Below, in pieces: positions 14,836-28,386 of a DNA stretch of 64,000 nt (the stretch's first letter is position 1; every line of letters begins with the position of its first letter). The notes under the pieces are model-generated. The model was not told the DNA's origin, made no database searches, and worked only from the letters and a program-made list of their open reading frames with translations. Source of the DNA: the human T2T-CHM13v2.0 reference genome, Homo sapiens; the NCBI RefSeq assembly GCF_009914755.1, contig NC_060925.1. One strand, 5' to 3'. The position numbers were made by a program, and so were the translations under genes.

Positions 14836-14992
14836 TTTAATTCTCAGGGGGTTTTATGGTTTTGTGTTTTGATTATTTTTGGTGTAGGGGGTATAATAAA
14901 TGAAATTTGATAATTTTAACTGGATGATGGAGAATAAAGTTATGATTATTGACAGAATGACAATGGATCATGTGGATATCTAGTTGAGGCAT
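14790..14992 (-). pseudogene. MT-ATP8: ATP synthase F0 subunit 8 nuclear pseudogene
   Basis: ATGCCTCAACTAGATA.. directly after tRNA-Lys, overlapping the ATP6 start. Frameshifted; the 3' end is approximate. Confidence 0.9.
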
Positions 14993-15061
14993 TCATTGTG
15001 GAGAAGTGCAGATCCCCTCAGTCTTTAACTTAAAAGGTTAATGCTGGATGGCTTTGCAGTG
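14993..15061 (-). tRNA. MT-TK: Mitochondrial tRNA-Lys copy in NUMT (pseudo)
   Basis: CACTGCAAAGC..AGCATTAACCTTTTAAGTTAAAGACTGAG...CACAATGA with a TTT anticodon loop. Confidence 0.9.
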
Positions 15062-15064
15062 ATA

Positions 15065-15736
15065 TTATAGATCAGACATGGATCAAGTTTTGAAGCATTT
15101 TAAAAGGATTAATTCTAGGACAATAGGTATAAAACTGTGGTTAGACCCACAAATTTCTGAGCACCATCCATAATAAAGGCCTGCTTGTGTAGCGGTTAAG
15201 GTAGTTTAAGAGTCCGGGGATTGCATCTGTTTTGAGGCCCAGTGAGGGGATAGTTCATGAGTTCAGGACATCTTCGGATGAGATTAATATACAGATGGGG
15301 ATCTCTATTGGGAGAATTGTTCGGTTATCAACTTCGAGGAGTCAAAGTTCTCCTACCTTTAAGTTTGCTGTTGGGACTAAAAAGGAATCGAAGTCTAATT
15401 CTTCATAGTCTGTATATTCGTAGCTTCAATATCATTGGTGGCCAATTGTTTTGATGGTAAGAGAAGGGTTGTTAAGCTCATATGTTATGTACAGAATACG
15501 TAGGGGTGGGGGTGGCAATTAAGATAATGGAAGGTAAGACAGTTCAGACAGTCTCGATTTCTTGAGCATGTTTGGTGCTAGTATGAGTTAATTTTGTTGT
15601 GAGTATTAAGGAAATAATGTATAGGACCAGGGAACTAATTAGGAAAATAATTATAAGAGCATGGTCGTGGAAAGTGAGTAGTTTTCTATAATAGGGATGT
15701 AGCATCTTGAAGGCCTAAATGAACTAGATCAGCCAT
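15065..15736 (-). pseudogene. MT-CO2: Cytochrome c oxidase subunit II nuclear pseudogene
   Basis: ATGGCT...CAAGATGCTACATCC start, FHDH and [22 protein letters not shown] segments, and [10 protein letters not shown] (CuA region). TAA at 15065-15067; frameshifts present. Confidence 0.96.
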
Positions 15737-15804
15737 TAAGACATATAGAGTTTAACCTATAAATTAATTTTGACAAAGTTATGTAATAATTTCACTAACA
15801 TCTT
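15737..15804 (-). tRNA. MT-TD: Mitochondrial tRNA-Asp copy in NUMT (pseudo)
   Basis: AAGATGTTAGTGAAA...TAACTTTGTCAAAATTA...ATGTCTTA with a GTC anticodon and one mismatch in the anticodon stem. Confidence 0.88.
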
Positions 15805-15809
15805 ATCAA

Positions 15810-15878
15810 GAGAGACTCATACAGGTTATGGGATTGGCTTGAAACCAGTTTCTGGAGGTTCAATTCCTTCCTTTGTCA
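15810..15878 (+). tRNA. MT-TS1: Mitochondrial tRNA-Ser(UCN) copy in NUMT (pseudo)
   Basis: ttggcttgaaaccag...ggttcaattccttcc with a TGA anticodon, on the opposite strand to COX1 as in mtDNA. Confidence 0.88.
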
Positions 15879-15879
15879 T

Positions 15880-17450
<1,571 letters not shown>

Positions 17451-17463
17451 AAGTGGGGAAAAA

Positions 17464-17499
17464 GGTTAAATGGCTGAGTAAGCATTAGACTGTAAATCT
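17464..17499 (+). tRNA. MT-TY: Mitochondrial tRNA-Tyr 5' half (truncated at NUMT junction)
   Basis: ggttaaatggctgagtaagcattagactgtaaatct with a GTA anticodon. Similarity stops right after the anticodon stem. Confidence 0.88.
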
Positions 17500-18639
17500 G
17501 TGTATTTATGTGCTTCATTTATTCTTTTTTTAAACTGCCTTTAAAGCTAAGCAATCCCAAACACTCTCTGTGACCCAGGACATTTCCAAAGCCGAATTTT
17601 TTGAGCCTGGTGCTAAATGCAGATGACCACACAGATACATTATATTGTGTCAAAATTATGAATTTTAATCTTTAGTGACTGAAGTCTGATAATGGCTAAA
17701 TCTGGTGATATGACCTTGATGTTAATATTTTTAAATTATATATATCTTTTCAAATATATGCCAGTTAACGTCCTCATGATGTAAGCTATGTTTTCCAATC
17801 TCCTGGGTTCTAGCAAAGGCACTAACCTCAGGCAATTTGGAAAAAGTTTTGTTGCGTGATAATGAGAAATTGAATAGCACATACAAAAACCTGGTATTGT
17901 TTAAATAGCATCATGAATTTAAAAACCTGATAGACTGTAATATTCATCTCATGACAACAGACTACTTGAAAATGCTGCAAAATCTAAAAATAATGCATTT
18001 TAATTTTCCTAACAGCTTGAAGCAAAATTGGATGTTTTAAAATTAAAAACATATAGGGCATTGACTGGTAGGTCTTAATTCAAATAATGAGGCTTTATGT
18101 GATATAGTATTTCATATTAAATCCAATTCATGAGCCCAGATATTTTGTGGAATAAAAAGTGGATTATGACAACTTATGTAGTCCTCCCTCAATGGTTATC
18201 AAACTCTTTGCCAGAGAAGTGATAATATCTTACATAGATGAGATGCATTTTTTTTTACTGGTAGCCTGAAGATTCTTGACTGCATCTGAAGCAGATGTAA
18301 AACACAAGACTGCCCAAAACTGGCTGAGATGTCTCTTGGAAGATAGGCCTTATAATACCAATGCTGACCATATGGGTGACTTTGGGCAAATGACCTCTTT
18401 TCTCACTGGTAACCCATAGGGATTGAAGTTACTGATATCAAGTATCCATCTCAAATCTAACATTGTCTAGTTACAAATAAAATTATTTTAAGAATAGAAA
18501 TGTATTTTACTAGAAGGGGTATAAACAGGATTTTCTGGCTTCCAACTTAAGTCATGCACATGCTGTGAACCATTTCTTCCTGAGTGTCTTCATTACAGTT
18601 GTCATGTCCTGGTTTTTCTGATTCCACCATACCTGTGGC

Positions 18640-19123
18640 ATATGGGCCAAAGTAAAATTGCACCAGATAGGTTAAACATTGAAGAATATTTTACTTAAGG
18701 CTATTGCAATAGATGAGAGAGATTAACCTCACTCTGCTAAAACAAAAACAGAAGGATTTTTAATTACTGGGATTAATGGAAAAGCAGTAGAGGATGTTAG
18801 GAAGAAGTTGGTCAAAGTGATTAGGCCATCTGCATTTGCTAATTGTAACTTATCAAAGTTAGGATTTTGCCGTTCCACAGAGACTGAAAGATAGGGACCC
18901 TATCTTTCTTGATGATTGTATTTCAAAGAGATGGCTCCAGGTCCTTAAGAAAGACATTCCTGAGTTACAGAAGATTCACATCTCAAATAGGTAGAGAAAG
19001 AATTACAATTGCAAGTTTTCTAAAGCAAGTGCTTTAAGAAAGATAAGGTCAGGATACTATAGTCCTAAAGAAACCTGTTGAAAATTTGGTTAAGCTGAGG
19101 AAAATGTTAAGGCCATCTTGATG
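18640..19123 (-). mobile_element. ERV1 solo LTR, MER67-like
   Basis: Minus strand begins ..CAAGATGGCCTTAACATTTTCCTCAGCTTAACCAAA..TTTAGAAAACTTGCAATTGTAA. Boundaries are approximate. Confidence 0.65.
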
Positions 19124-19499
19124 ATTGTGTCTTTGTAAACCAAACATTTTGGTTTAGAGGAGGCCAAACAGTATCCTCCGAGGAAAATAAGACCTGAAAT
19201 TGAAGTTTAACAATGTCCAAATGCTCAAAGATACTATGGAGCACTTGACTTAAGCACCTTACAAGCAGATTATTTACCACCATTTCTCTAGCGCTCATCA
19301 GGTGCCAGTCACACAGTCATAATTCCATAAAAGCAGTATTTAACATGCAAAAACTGTTCCGTCATCTTCTGACCTCCACCAACAGATAATTCCTTACTGT
19401 ACACAAGTATGTCAGGCTGCCACCATGACATTCATCTCCAAACCACAATTGTCTCAAAAGCAACAATTTATTACCTTTTTCTCCAGAATCTATGGCTAA

Positions 19500-19730
19500 G
19501 ATCATGAGCTATAGAGTCAGAGAGCTTAGTATAAGTTTCAGCTCTGTTGTACAGTGACTGGTTGATCTTGAGTAAGTTTCATAACCTTCAGGAAGCTCAG
19601 CTTTCAAATCATTACAAAAGAAATAATACCAGTACCTACCTCATGGGATTGTGAGAAAGAAAACACTTAGCAAAGTACCTCACACAGAGTAAGCCTCTAA
19701 TAATTACTGGCTTGCTTTACATTGTTAGTG
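19500..19730 (+). mobile_element. MIR SINE
   Basis: gatcttgagtaagtttcataacctt...gtacctacctcatgggattgtgag...cacacagagtaagcctctaataa. Confidence 0.6.
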
Positions 19731-19877
19731 TTTTTCATATAGGAAGCTTGCAAATAGCATGTTGAATTAATAAGTGAAAAAATTAATAGTTACCAAAACA
19801 GCTAGGTGATATTTTAACTATATTATTGCTTCTATCCTGAATATTTAAACTATAGACAGAAAATCAGAAATTTCTGC

Positions 19878-22577
19878 TATATTAGTCCATTCTCCCACTG
19901 CTATGAAGAAATACCCAATACTGTGTAATTTATAAAGGAAAGAGGTTTAACTGACTCACATTTCTGAATGGATGTGGAGGCCTCAGAAAACTTACAATCA
20001 TGGCAGAAGACACCTCTTCACAGGGTGGCAAGAGAGAGAATGAAGGCCAAGCACAGGAGAAAGCCCCTTATAAGACCATCAGATCATGTGAGAATTCATT
20101 CACTATCATGAGGGCAGCAGCATGGGGGTAACTGCCCCCATGATTCAATTATCTCCACCTCATCTCACCCTTGATATGTAGGAATTATTACAATTCAAGG
20201 TGAGATTTGGGCAGGGACACAGAGCTAAACCATATCATTCCAAATCAGCCCCTCTCAATCTTATTCCAGATCAGCCCCTCTCAAATCTTATGTCCTCACA
20301 TTTCAAAACACAATCATGCCCTTCCGACATCCCCAAGACTTAACTCATTCCAGCATTAACCCAGAAGTACAAGTTCGAAGTCTCATCAAGACAAGGCAAG
20401 TCTCTTTTGCCTATGAAACCATAAAATCAAAAGCAAATTAGTTACTTCTTACATAAATTGGAGGTACAGACATTGGGTAAATACAACCATTCCAAATGTG
20501 AGAAACTGGCCAAAATAAAGGGGATACAGGCCCCATGAAAGTCCCAAATCCAGTAGGGCAATCATTAAACATTAAAGTTCCAAAATGATCTCCTTTGACT
20601 CCATGTCTCACAACCAGGTCACACTGATGCAAGAGGTAGACTCCCATAGCCTTGGGGAGCTCCATCTCTGTGGCTTTGCAGGGTACAGCCCCCCTCCAAG
20701 CTTCCTTCATGGGCTGATGTTGAGTGTCTGTGGCTTCCCCAGGGGCATGGTGCAAACTGTCAGTAGATCTACTATTCTGGGGTCTGGAGGATAGTGGCCC
20801 TCTTCTCACAACTCCGCTAGGCAATGTCCCAGTGGGGACTCTGTCTGGGGGTTCCAACCCCACATTTTCCTTCTGCACTGCCCTAGCAGCAGTTCTCCAA
20901 GAGGGCTTGTCCCTGCAGCAAACTTCTGCCTGGACATCCAGGCATTTCCATACATCCTCTGAAATCTAGGCAGAAGTTCTCAAACCTCAATTCTTGACTT
21001 CTGTGTACCTGTAGGCTCAACACTACATGGAAGCTGCCAAGGCTTGGGGTTTGCACCCTCAGAAGCCATGGCCCCAGCTGTACCTTGGCCCCTTTTAGCC
21101 ATGGCTGGGACACAGGGGACCAAGTCCTGAGAATGCACAAAGCAGTAAGGCCCTGGGCCCAGCCCATGGAATCATTTTTCCCTCCTAGTCCTCCATGCCT
21201 GTGATGGGAGGGGCTGCCATGAAGATCTCTGATATGCCCTGGAGACATTTTCCCCATTGTCTTGGCAATTGACATTTGGATCCTGATATGGTTTGGCTCT
21301 GTGTCCCCACCAAAATCTCATCTTGTAGTTCCCCTAATTCCCATGTGTTGTGGGAGGAACCAGGTGGAAAATGATTGAATCATCAGGGTGGTCTTTCCCA
21401 TGCTGTCCTCATGATAGTAAATGGGTCTCATGATATCTGATGGTTTTAAAAATGGGAGTTTCTCTGCACAAACTCTCTTTTTGCCTGCTGCCATCCACAT
21501 GTGACTTGCTCTTCCTTGCCTTCCACCATGATTGTGAGGCCTCCCAGCCATGTGGAACTGTAACTCCAATTAAACCTCTTTTTTTTTGTGTAAATTGCCT
21601 AGTCCCAAGTATGTCTTTATCAGCAGCATGTAAACAGACTAATACAGCTCCTCGTTATTTATGCAAATTTCTGCATCAGGCTTGAATTTCTCCTCAGAAA
21701 ATGGATTTTTCTTTTCTAACAAATTGTCAAGCTGCAAATTTTCTAAACTTTTATGCTCTACTTCCTATTAAATGCTTTGCCACTTATAAATGTCTCCCAC
21801 CAGATACACTAAATTATCTCTCTCAAGTTTTAAAATTCCACAGATCTCTAGAGCAGGGGCAATATGCTGCCAGTCTCTTTGCTAAAGCATAACAAGAGTC
21901 ATCTTTTCTCCAGTTTCCAACAAGTTCCTTATCTCCATCTGAAACCACCTCAGCCTGGACTTCATCTTCCATGTCACTATCAGCATTTTGGTCAAAGTCA
22001 TTCAACAAGTCTCTAGGAAGTTCCAACTTTCCCACATCCTCCTGTCTTCTGAGCTTTTTAAGTCACTAGGAAGTTTCAAACTTTTGCACATCCTCCTGTT
22101 TTCTCCTGGACCCTCCAAACTGTTCCAATCTCTACCTTTTACCCAGTTCCAAAGTTGCTTTCACATTTTCATATATCCTTCCTTATAGCAGCACCCTATT
22201 CCTTTGGTACCAATTTACAGTATTATTTCATTCTCATGCTCATATGAAAAAATGCCCAAGACTGGGTAATTTATAAAGGAAAGAGGTTTAACTGACTAAC
22301 AGTTCCACATGGTTTTGGAGGCCTCGGGAAACTTACAATCATGGCAGACGGCACCTCTTCATAGGGTGGCAGGAGAGAGAATAAGTGTTAAGTGAAGGGG
22401 GAAGAGCCCCTTATAAAACCATCAGATCTCATGAGAACTCACTTGCTATCATGAGAACAGCATGGTGGAAACCACCCCCATGATTCAATTATCTCCACTT
22501 GGTCCCGCTGTTGACATGTGGGGATTACTACAATTCAAGGTGAGATTTGGGTGGGAACACAGAACGAAACCATATCA
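19878..22577 (-). mobile_element. Two-LTR THE1 (THE1D/C-like) MaLR element: LTRs 19878-20237 and 22219-22577 with internal region
   Basis: Two direct LTRs ending aaccatatca on the plus strand, with MaLR internal sequence between them. Perfect 5-bp TSD TCTGC (19873-19877 / 22578-22582). Confidence 0.93.
21284..21646 (+). mobile_element. Solo THE1A/B-like LTR nested antisense in the THE1 internal region
   Basis: tgatatggtttggct...cagactaataca with TSD gatcc (21279-21283) / gctcc (21647-21651). Confidence 0.92.
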
Positions 22578-22969
22578 TCTGCCTTCACTAAACAGGCACA
22601 ATATAGCCAAATATGTCAAGGAGTTCATCTCTAATTAATTAATTGTTCCAATTAAAAATAAAGTACATGGAATAAATATTTATTTTCAAAGGAGAAATAT
22701 AAAAATAAACAATAAATACAATTTCTCACCTTTATGAAATAATTACATGAACATAAAGCAATTCTATTTAATTGAAAAATTTCCCACTTTTAAGCATTTT
22801 TTTTTGCTTAGTTGTTTGAAATATGACACTACTAAAATTTACATTACTTTTCTGTTTCCATCTACCAAATAAGAATAATGAAACTCGGTAAGGTACATTG
22901 ACCCCCTCTCAGTTGAAAGGCATTTGTTAGTAATAAGTAGGGTTCATTGACCTTGTAAACATGAGGTAC

Positions 22970-23097
22970 CTGATCCTTCCCATCGTCCAATGTGTCTTTG
23001 GCAAGATCTCCAAAAAGACAACCATTCACTTGGATGATAATTTTGGGGTGGGGATGATACAGTAATTTATGGTAATTGCTCCATTCAAAAAAAGAAA
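22970..23097 (-). other. Candidate 128-nt exon (speculative)
   Basis: ttttttcattcag|TT TCT TTT TTT GAA TGG...GAT CAG|gtacct gives 42 open codons (SFFEWSNYHKLLYHPHPKIIIQVNGCLFGDLAKDTLDDGKDQ). Confidence 0.2.
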
Positions 23098-23490
23098 CTG
23101 AATGAAAAAATAGAAGGCATCTCTATTTGGGAGGCATTCTACCTCAACAATCCAATAAGCCTGACTATGGAAATGTGTTAATGAATCAAAAAAGGAAAAA
23201 GAACAGTAATTTGTTTGAGCAAGCATGACAACTATAGTTCTGTCTATATTTTATTCAGAGAAACTGAATGTCCCACACCTTATGTTCAGTTTTTCTTACT
23301 TAATGATGTATGGCTTCTCAATAAGTTATACATTATTCCCATGAATAAGTTAGAAAAATATATATATTCTGATTGAGACTACAATTGACTAAAAATGACA
23401 TGATGGTTCGGAAGATCAATCCAAAAATAAGCAATCATGTCAACCTTGTGAGTAGGCAACATATTCAAGCTTGTCTTAGATTGGAATTAC

Positions 23491-23534
23491 TTGCATTTGT
23501 ATCTTTCTCAATCTTGAGAATACTGGACTTCCTT
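23491..23534 (-). other. Candidate 44-nt exon (speculative)
   Basis: gtttttttcag|AAGGAAG...ATGCAA|gtaatt with an open frame RKSSILKIEKDTNA. Confidence 0.2.
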
Positions 23535-23759
23535 CTGAAAAAAACATTTTAGTTTCTCTCTGAAGGTATAAAGGAGATTCATACACTGGAGAATATTTTT
23601 AACTAGGAATGTATGTTTTTTATGAATATATTTACATGAATAAGTGCTGTGAACATACAAAAAAAATAAACATATGGTGTCTGTTCTTGAGAGACTTAAA
23701 TTGCTGCCCATTTCTCTACTTCAGTCTATGGAAAAAAATTGAAGAGTAGTCTATAACAA

Positions 23760-24110
23760 CAGTCTCCGGTTCAGTTTATTTTCTTCTGCCTATTCTTTCT
23801 CGAACCCAATTCAACTAGGCTTTTACTCCAACAACCACAAAAACTGCTCTTATCACGGTCACTAAAGACATCTATGTTCTTAAATCCCATGATCAGTTCT
23901 CAAATAATTTGACCTATTCGCAACATCTGTCTCTCCACCTTAAAATGCGTTCTTTGTGTGACTTCCAGGATATCAACTTTACATTTTCCCCCTACCTCTC
24001 TGAACAGGTCTTAGTCTCCTTACCTGGTTCTCCTTTGTTTCCTAAACCTCTCAATGTTAGAGACAATGGGCTAAGTCTTTGTGTGTCTTCCCTTTTCTAA
24101 CTCTATGCAT
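23760..24110 (+). mobile_element. L2 fragment (continues at ~25880-26450)
   Basis: aaactgctcttatcacggtcactaaagacatc...tgacttccaggata resembles L2 ORF2. Confidence 0.6.
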
Positions 24111-24116
24111 TATTTT

Positions 24117-24236
24117 GACATTGAGAATTGCAAAAAAAAACTTCAACTTTTATCTTGATAGTGGTATAGATGTATCAATTCTAAAACTATTTTGTGTGTA
24201 TTTAATTTTGAGCCAATGAGTAAATATGTTGATCTT
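24117..24236 (+). repeat. 120-bp copy of 25453-25572
   Basis: Direct read-off shows 3 mismatches in 120 nt at an offset of 1336 bp. Confidence 0.95.
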
Positions 24237-24776
24237 CATCAATAAGTGAATGAATAAAGACAATTTGTTGTATATACACAGTGGAATGCTATTCAGTCTT
24301 AAGAAAGAAATTTTGTCATTTGCAATGACATGAATGAAACTTGAGAACATTGTGTTAAGTGAAATAAACCAGGGACAGAAAAACAATACTGTATCATCTC
24401 ACTTATATGTATAATCTAAAAATAGATGAACTCATAGAAGTAGAGAGTAGAATGTTGGTTACCAGAGGCTGGGAAGATTTGGGGTTTGGAGAGATAAAGT
24501 CAAGGGATACAAAATTTCAGTTAGAACTTATTCTGAGGAGTAAGTTCAAGAGATCTATTGTACAACATGGTGGCAGTAGTTAATAATAGTGTATTGCATT
24601 TTGAAAATCACTAAGATAATAGATTTTGACTGTTCTCACTGCAAATAAAAGATGTGAGATAATGCATACATTAATTAGCTTGATAGAGCCATTCCACAAT
24701 ATATACATATTTGAAAACATCAAATGTACACAATAAATGTTTAGTTTTTATTTGTCAATTAAATAAAAATTAAAAA
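24237..24776 (+). mobile_element. L1MA (MA7-9-like) 3' end
   Basis: gaactcatagaagtagagagtagaatgttggttaccagaggctggg...aagttcaagagatctattgtacaacatgg...ttgtcaattaaataaaa. Confidence 0.85.
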
Positions 24777-24779
24777 CCT

Positions 24780-25865
24780 ATACTTTAATTTATAATTTGA
24801 CCAAGAAATCTTACTACTAGGAATTTTTCTGAAGACATAGCTCTAATATGAGAAATATATATGCAGAAGGTTTTTCATTGTTGCATTTTTTTGTTACTAC
24901 AAAATATTAAGAACAAAAAAACTAAACATAAAAATTAATTGAGTAAGCTATGAGTCATGCACCCAATGGAGTACCTGAATCTCTACAGAAGAGTGGAGAG
25001 AAGCTCTATAAAGGGATATAGAATGATATTCAGTGTGTATTATTAAGTTATAAAGCAATGTACAATGGTGTGTGTATAATTTACTGTGTCTTGGATAAGA
25101 AAAAGTAGGAGGAGGCATATACATGTATTAGCTTATTTTTGCAAAAAGAAATACGGGATAATACACTCAACATTAATTTAATTGGCTACCTCTAGGGAGT
25201 AAATGGGAATTGGATGGTAGGAAGCAGCACTTCTCTTAGAATGGTCCTTTGTGTACTTTTGACTTTAAATATCACATTATCATTTTATATATTCAAAAAA
25301 CAAATCAAAATTAACTGACACAAACTAAATTTAAATACAAATAAACAAAAATAAGTTATACTGTGTATCAAATGGATTATATAACATCAGAAAAAATATA
25401 ATCCAAATAATATTTTGTAAACATTACTTTGATTATATACCTTTAGTCTAAAGACAATGAGAATTGCAAAAAAAATCTTCAACTTTTATCTTGATAGTGG
25501 TATAGATGTATCAGTTCTAAAACTATTTTGTGTGTATTTAATTTTGAGCCAATGAGTAAATATGTTGATCTTTTTGGGGGCCCTTACTTCTCACTATGGG
25601 AGAAGGAAACACAAACTAAGAATGTGAAAAGGCAAAAAAAACCTCTGTGGTTGGAATTTTTAAAAAAAGTTTCAGTAGGTACTCATGACATTTTTAAAAA
25701 GGTAATAATAATCTGTTTCTTGTTCATTGAAATAGCTCAGTAGCAGTAAGTATGCCTAGTGTCCAGATCTTGATTTCTACATACCCTTCTCCATTAACAG
25801 AAGCCAGGGATCCTGGTTCTAGGATCTGATCATTGATCCCAGGGCTCAGACAAAGAAAGTACTAA
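24780..25865 (+). mobile_element. Old L1MC/ME-like 3' region
   Basis: aaatcttactactaggaattt...tttttcattgttgcatt...cctagtgtccagatcttgatttcta resembles an L1MC4-type 3' UTR. Confidence 0.6.
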
Positions 25866-25879
25866 TGAATTAATATACA

Positions 25880-26450
25880 GTTTTACCTTCTAGGCTCAGA
25901 CTACTTCTTTCCTCTTTAACTACTTGGATAATTAGAGTAGTTTTCTGAGTTGTTTCCCTGCTTCTACTCATGCCCCATACATTCCATTCTCAACAGAGCA
26001 GTCACAGTAATCCTATTAAAATGCAAGTTCAATCATGTCAATCATAAAGCCCCCGTGTATTTCCAGATCTGTTAGAGTAAAAGCCAAACTCTTTGAGAAC
26101 CTATAAATCTCTGCAGAATCAGGTACCCCATTATTTCTCTAGCTCAATTACTTCCAGACACATTGACAACCCTTTGCTTCTTAAACACACGAAGAGCACT
26201 CTAAACTTAAGTCCTTTGCACATACTGCTTTAGTTAACTTAGAATGCCCTTCCTGCAGATATCCACATGGCTCTCCCCTCTTTTCCATCATTTCTTTACT
26301 CAACCATCATTTTCTTAATGAAGTCCTTTTCGGTCACTCTATCTAAAACCTCTAACCCCTAACTCTGCTTCCCATCCTTCTTCATCATTATATTTCTTCT
26401 CCTCTTTAGGTATCATTTTCTAAGGAATCATTTAACTTATATTTATTTTT
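25880..26450 (+). mobile_element. L2 fragment
   Basis: ttctcaacagagcagtcacagtaatcctattaaaatgcaagttcaatcatgtc...agaatgcccttcctgcagatatccacatggct. Confidence 0.7.
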
Positions 26451-26889
26451 AAACTACTACTTCATTAAGCAAGTAACAGAGTAACCAAACACAAAAGAAA
26501 GTGTAAGCAAAACAAACCAAAAAAGCAAAATCAAATGCCATGTAAATGTACTTTATTATACAATACACATTATATAATACCATATATATAAATGGTATTA
26601 AAATAAAATGAATTCATGAGTTTGTATAAAGAAAATAATATTACATAGATAAGGTGACAACGGAAGTATAAAATTTAGCTTGCGCTTGACTAAGAGGAAC
26701 TAGGAGAAAAATAAAGAAGGTTGACGGTAAAGGAATACTATATTGAAGATTCACTTTCGCATCTTCAAAAACTTTGATTATTTTCAAAATGTGATCCTTA
26801 AAAGATATTAATTTTCAAATAGATTGAAAATGATCCTATCAATATCCTTCTCACCCTTGAATCATCCAAACCATCATTACTATACCTTA

Positions 26890-27148
26890 TGAACAATGAG
26901 AACACATGGACACAGGAAGGGGAACATCACATTCTGGGGACTGTTGTGGGGTGGGGGGAGGGGGAGGGATAGCATTAGGAGATATACCTAATGCTAAATG
27001 ACGAGTTAATGGATGCAGCACACCAGCATGGCACATGTATACATATGTAACAAACCTGCACATTGTGCACATGTACCCTAAAACTTAAAGTATAATAATA
27101 ATAAAATAAAAAAAGAAAAATAAAATAAAATAAAATAAACAAGGAAAA
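26890..27148 (+). mobile_element. Young L1PA (PA2-4-like) 3' terminus, 5'-truncated
   Basis: gaacaatgagaacacatggacacaggaaggggaacatcac...gtaccctaaaacttaaagtataata followed by an A-rich tail. Confidence 0.93.
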
Positions 27149-27163
27149 ACAGAAAATACTCAC

Positions 27164-27211
27164 TTAGGCCAAAGACATTGAATGATCACTACTTTTTTGT
27201 AAGTATCCAAC
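27164..27211 (-). other. Candidate 48-nt exon (speculative)
   Basis: aattttccag|GTTGGA...CCTAA|gtgagt has a good acceptor and donor. Only the phase-2 frame is fully open (LDTYKKVVIIQCLWP). Confidence 0.25.
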
Positions 27212-28050
27212 CTGGAAAATTAATTTAAATCAAAAATCTATAATTTCATAAGTATTCTCTACATGGTTGATAAATTTTGTCAAAGCAAAAGGCATTTTCT
27301 GATGTCATGTCATATTTTTTTTTCTCTTTGTAGGTCTGATCAATGCATTCTTTTTCTCACAACATTGATAAAAAATTAGGAATCATGTCACTACCTCCTC
27401 TGCACTTCTGTAGAATTTTAAACACTGATCTGGGAGAACTTTGGTAAAATACCTTTTGAAGGATATGAGAGCACCTTATCACTCACTATGCAATTAATAA
27501 TTTTTTTCTCTTTCAAGAAAAAAATGAAATGAAGGAAGTGTGATTATTACATACTATTATTAAGAGAGTTACTGTGTACGTCTGCAAAACAGATTATACA
27601 TATTGCAGATAACATTTGAACAATTCTAAGAATTCCCTTTTATTAAACAGTGAAGGAACTCCTGGGTAAAGCTCACTCAGTAGCTGTTATGAAGATGTGA
27701 TGAGCTTGCATTATGGTGCACTATCTCTGTCTCAGAAGTGATAAAATCAGGGCATATTTCTACCTATCCAGAAGTCATCCAGTCATGCACAGAGCTTGGC
27801 TGTGGTTGTGATAAAATACCTCTGTATCACTCCTCTACCTTCAAGTAAACTCTGCCAGCAAGGAATCTGGAATTGCTCGGATATATAACTCTGGCATAGG
27901 GCTGAAAATCAATGGCTGATATCTAAAGTTGTTAACATCATCTTATAGATAGAGAATGAGCATACAATACACTAACTTTTTTAACTGGCTTCTTTCTCTT
28001 AGTAGCCTAAAACGTCAAGTTTTTCTTTCAACAAAGAATAAGAATGATGG

Positions 28051-28386
<336 letters not shown>

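Noticed and set aside
20438-21275. 146-aa and 130-aa minus-strand ORFs
   Set aside because: They lie in the decayed THE1 internal region, which is broken by a nested LTR. They are not host genes.
22010-22120. Direct repeat ctaggaagtt..cacatcctcctgt in the THE1 internal region
   Set aside because: As I recall, this repeat is part of the THE1/MST internal consensus and not locus-specific.
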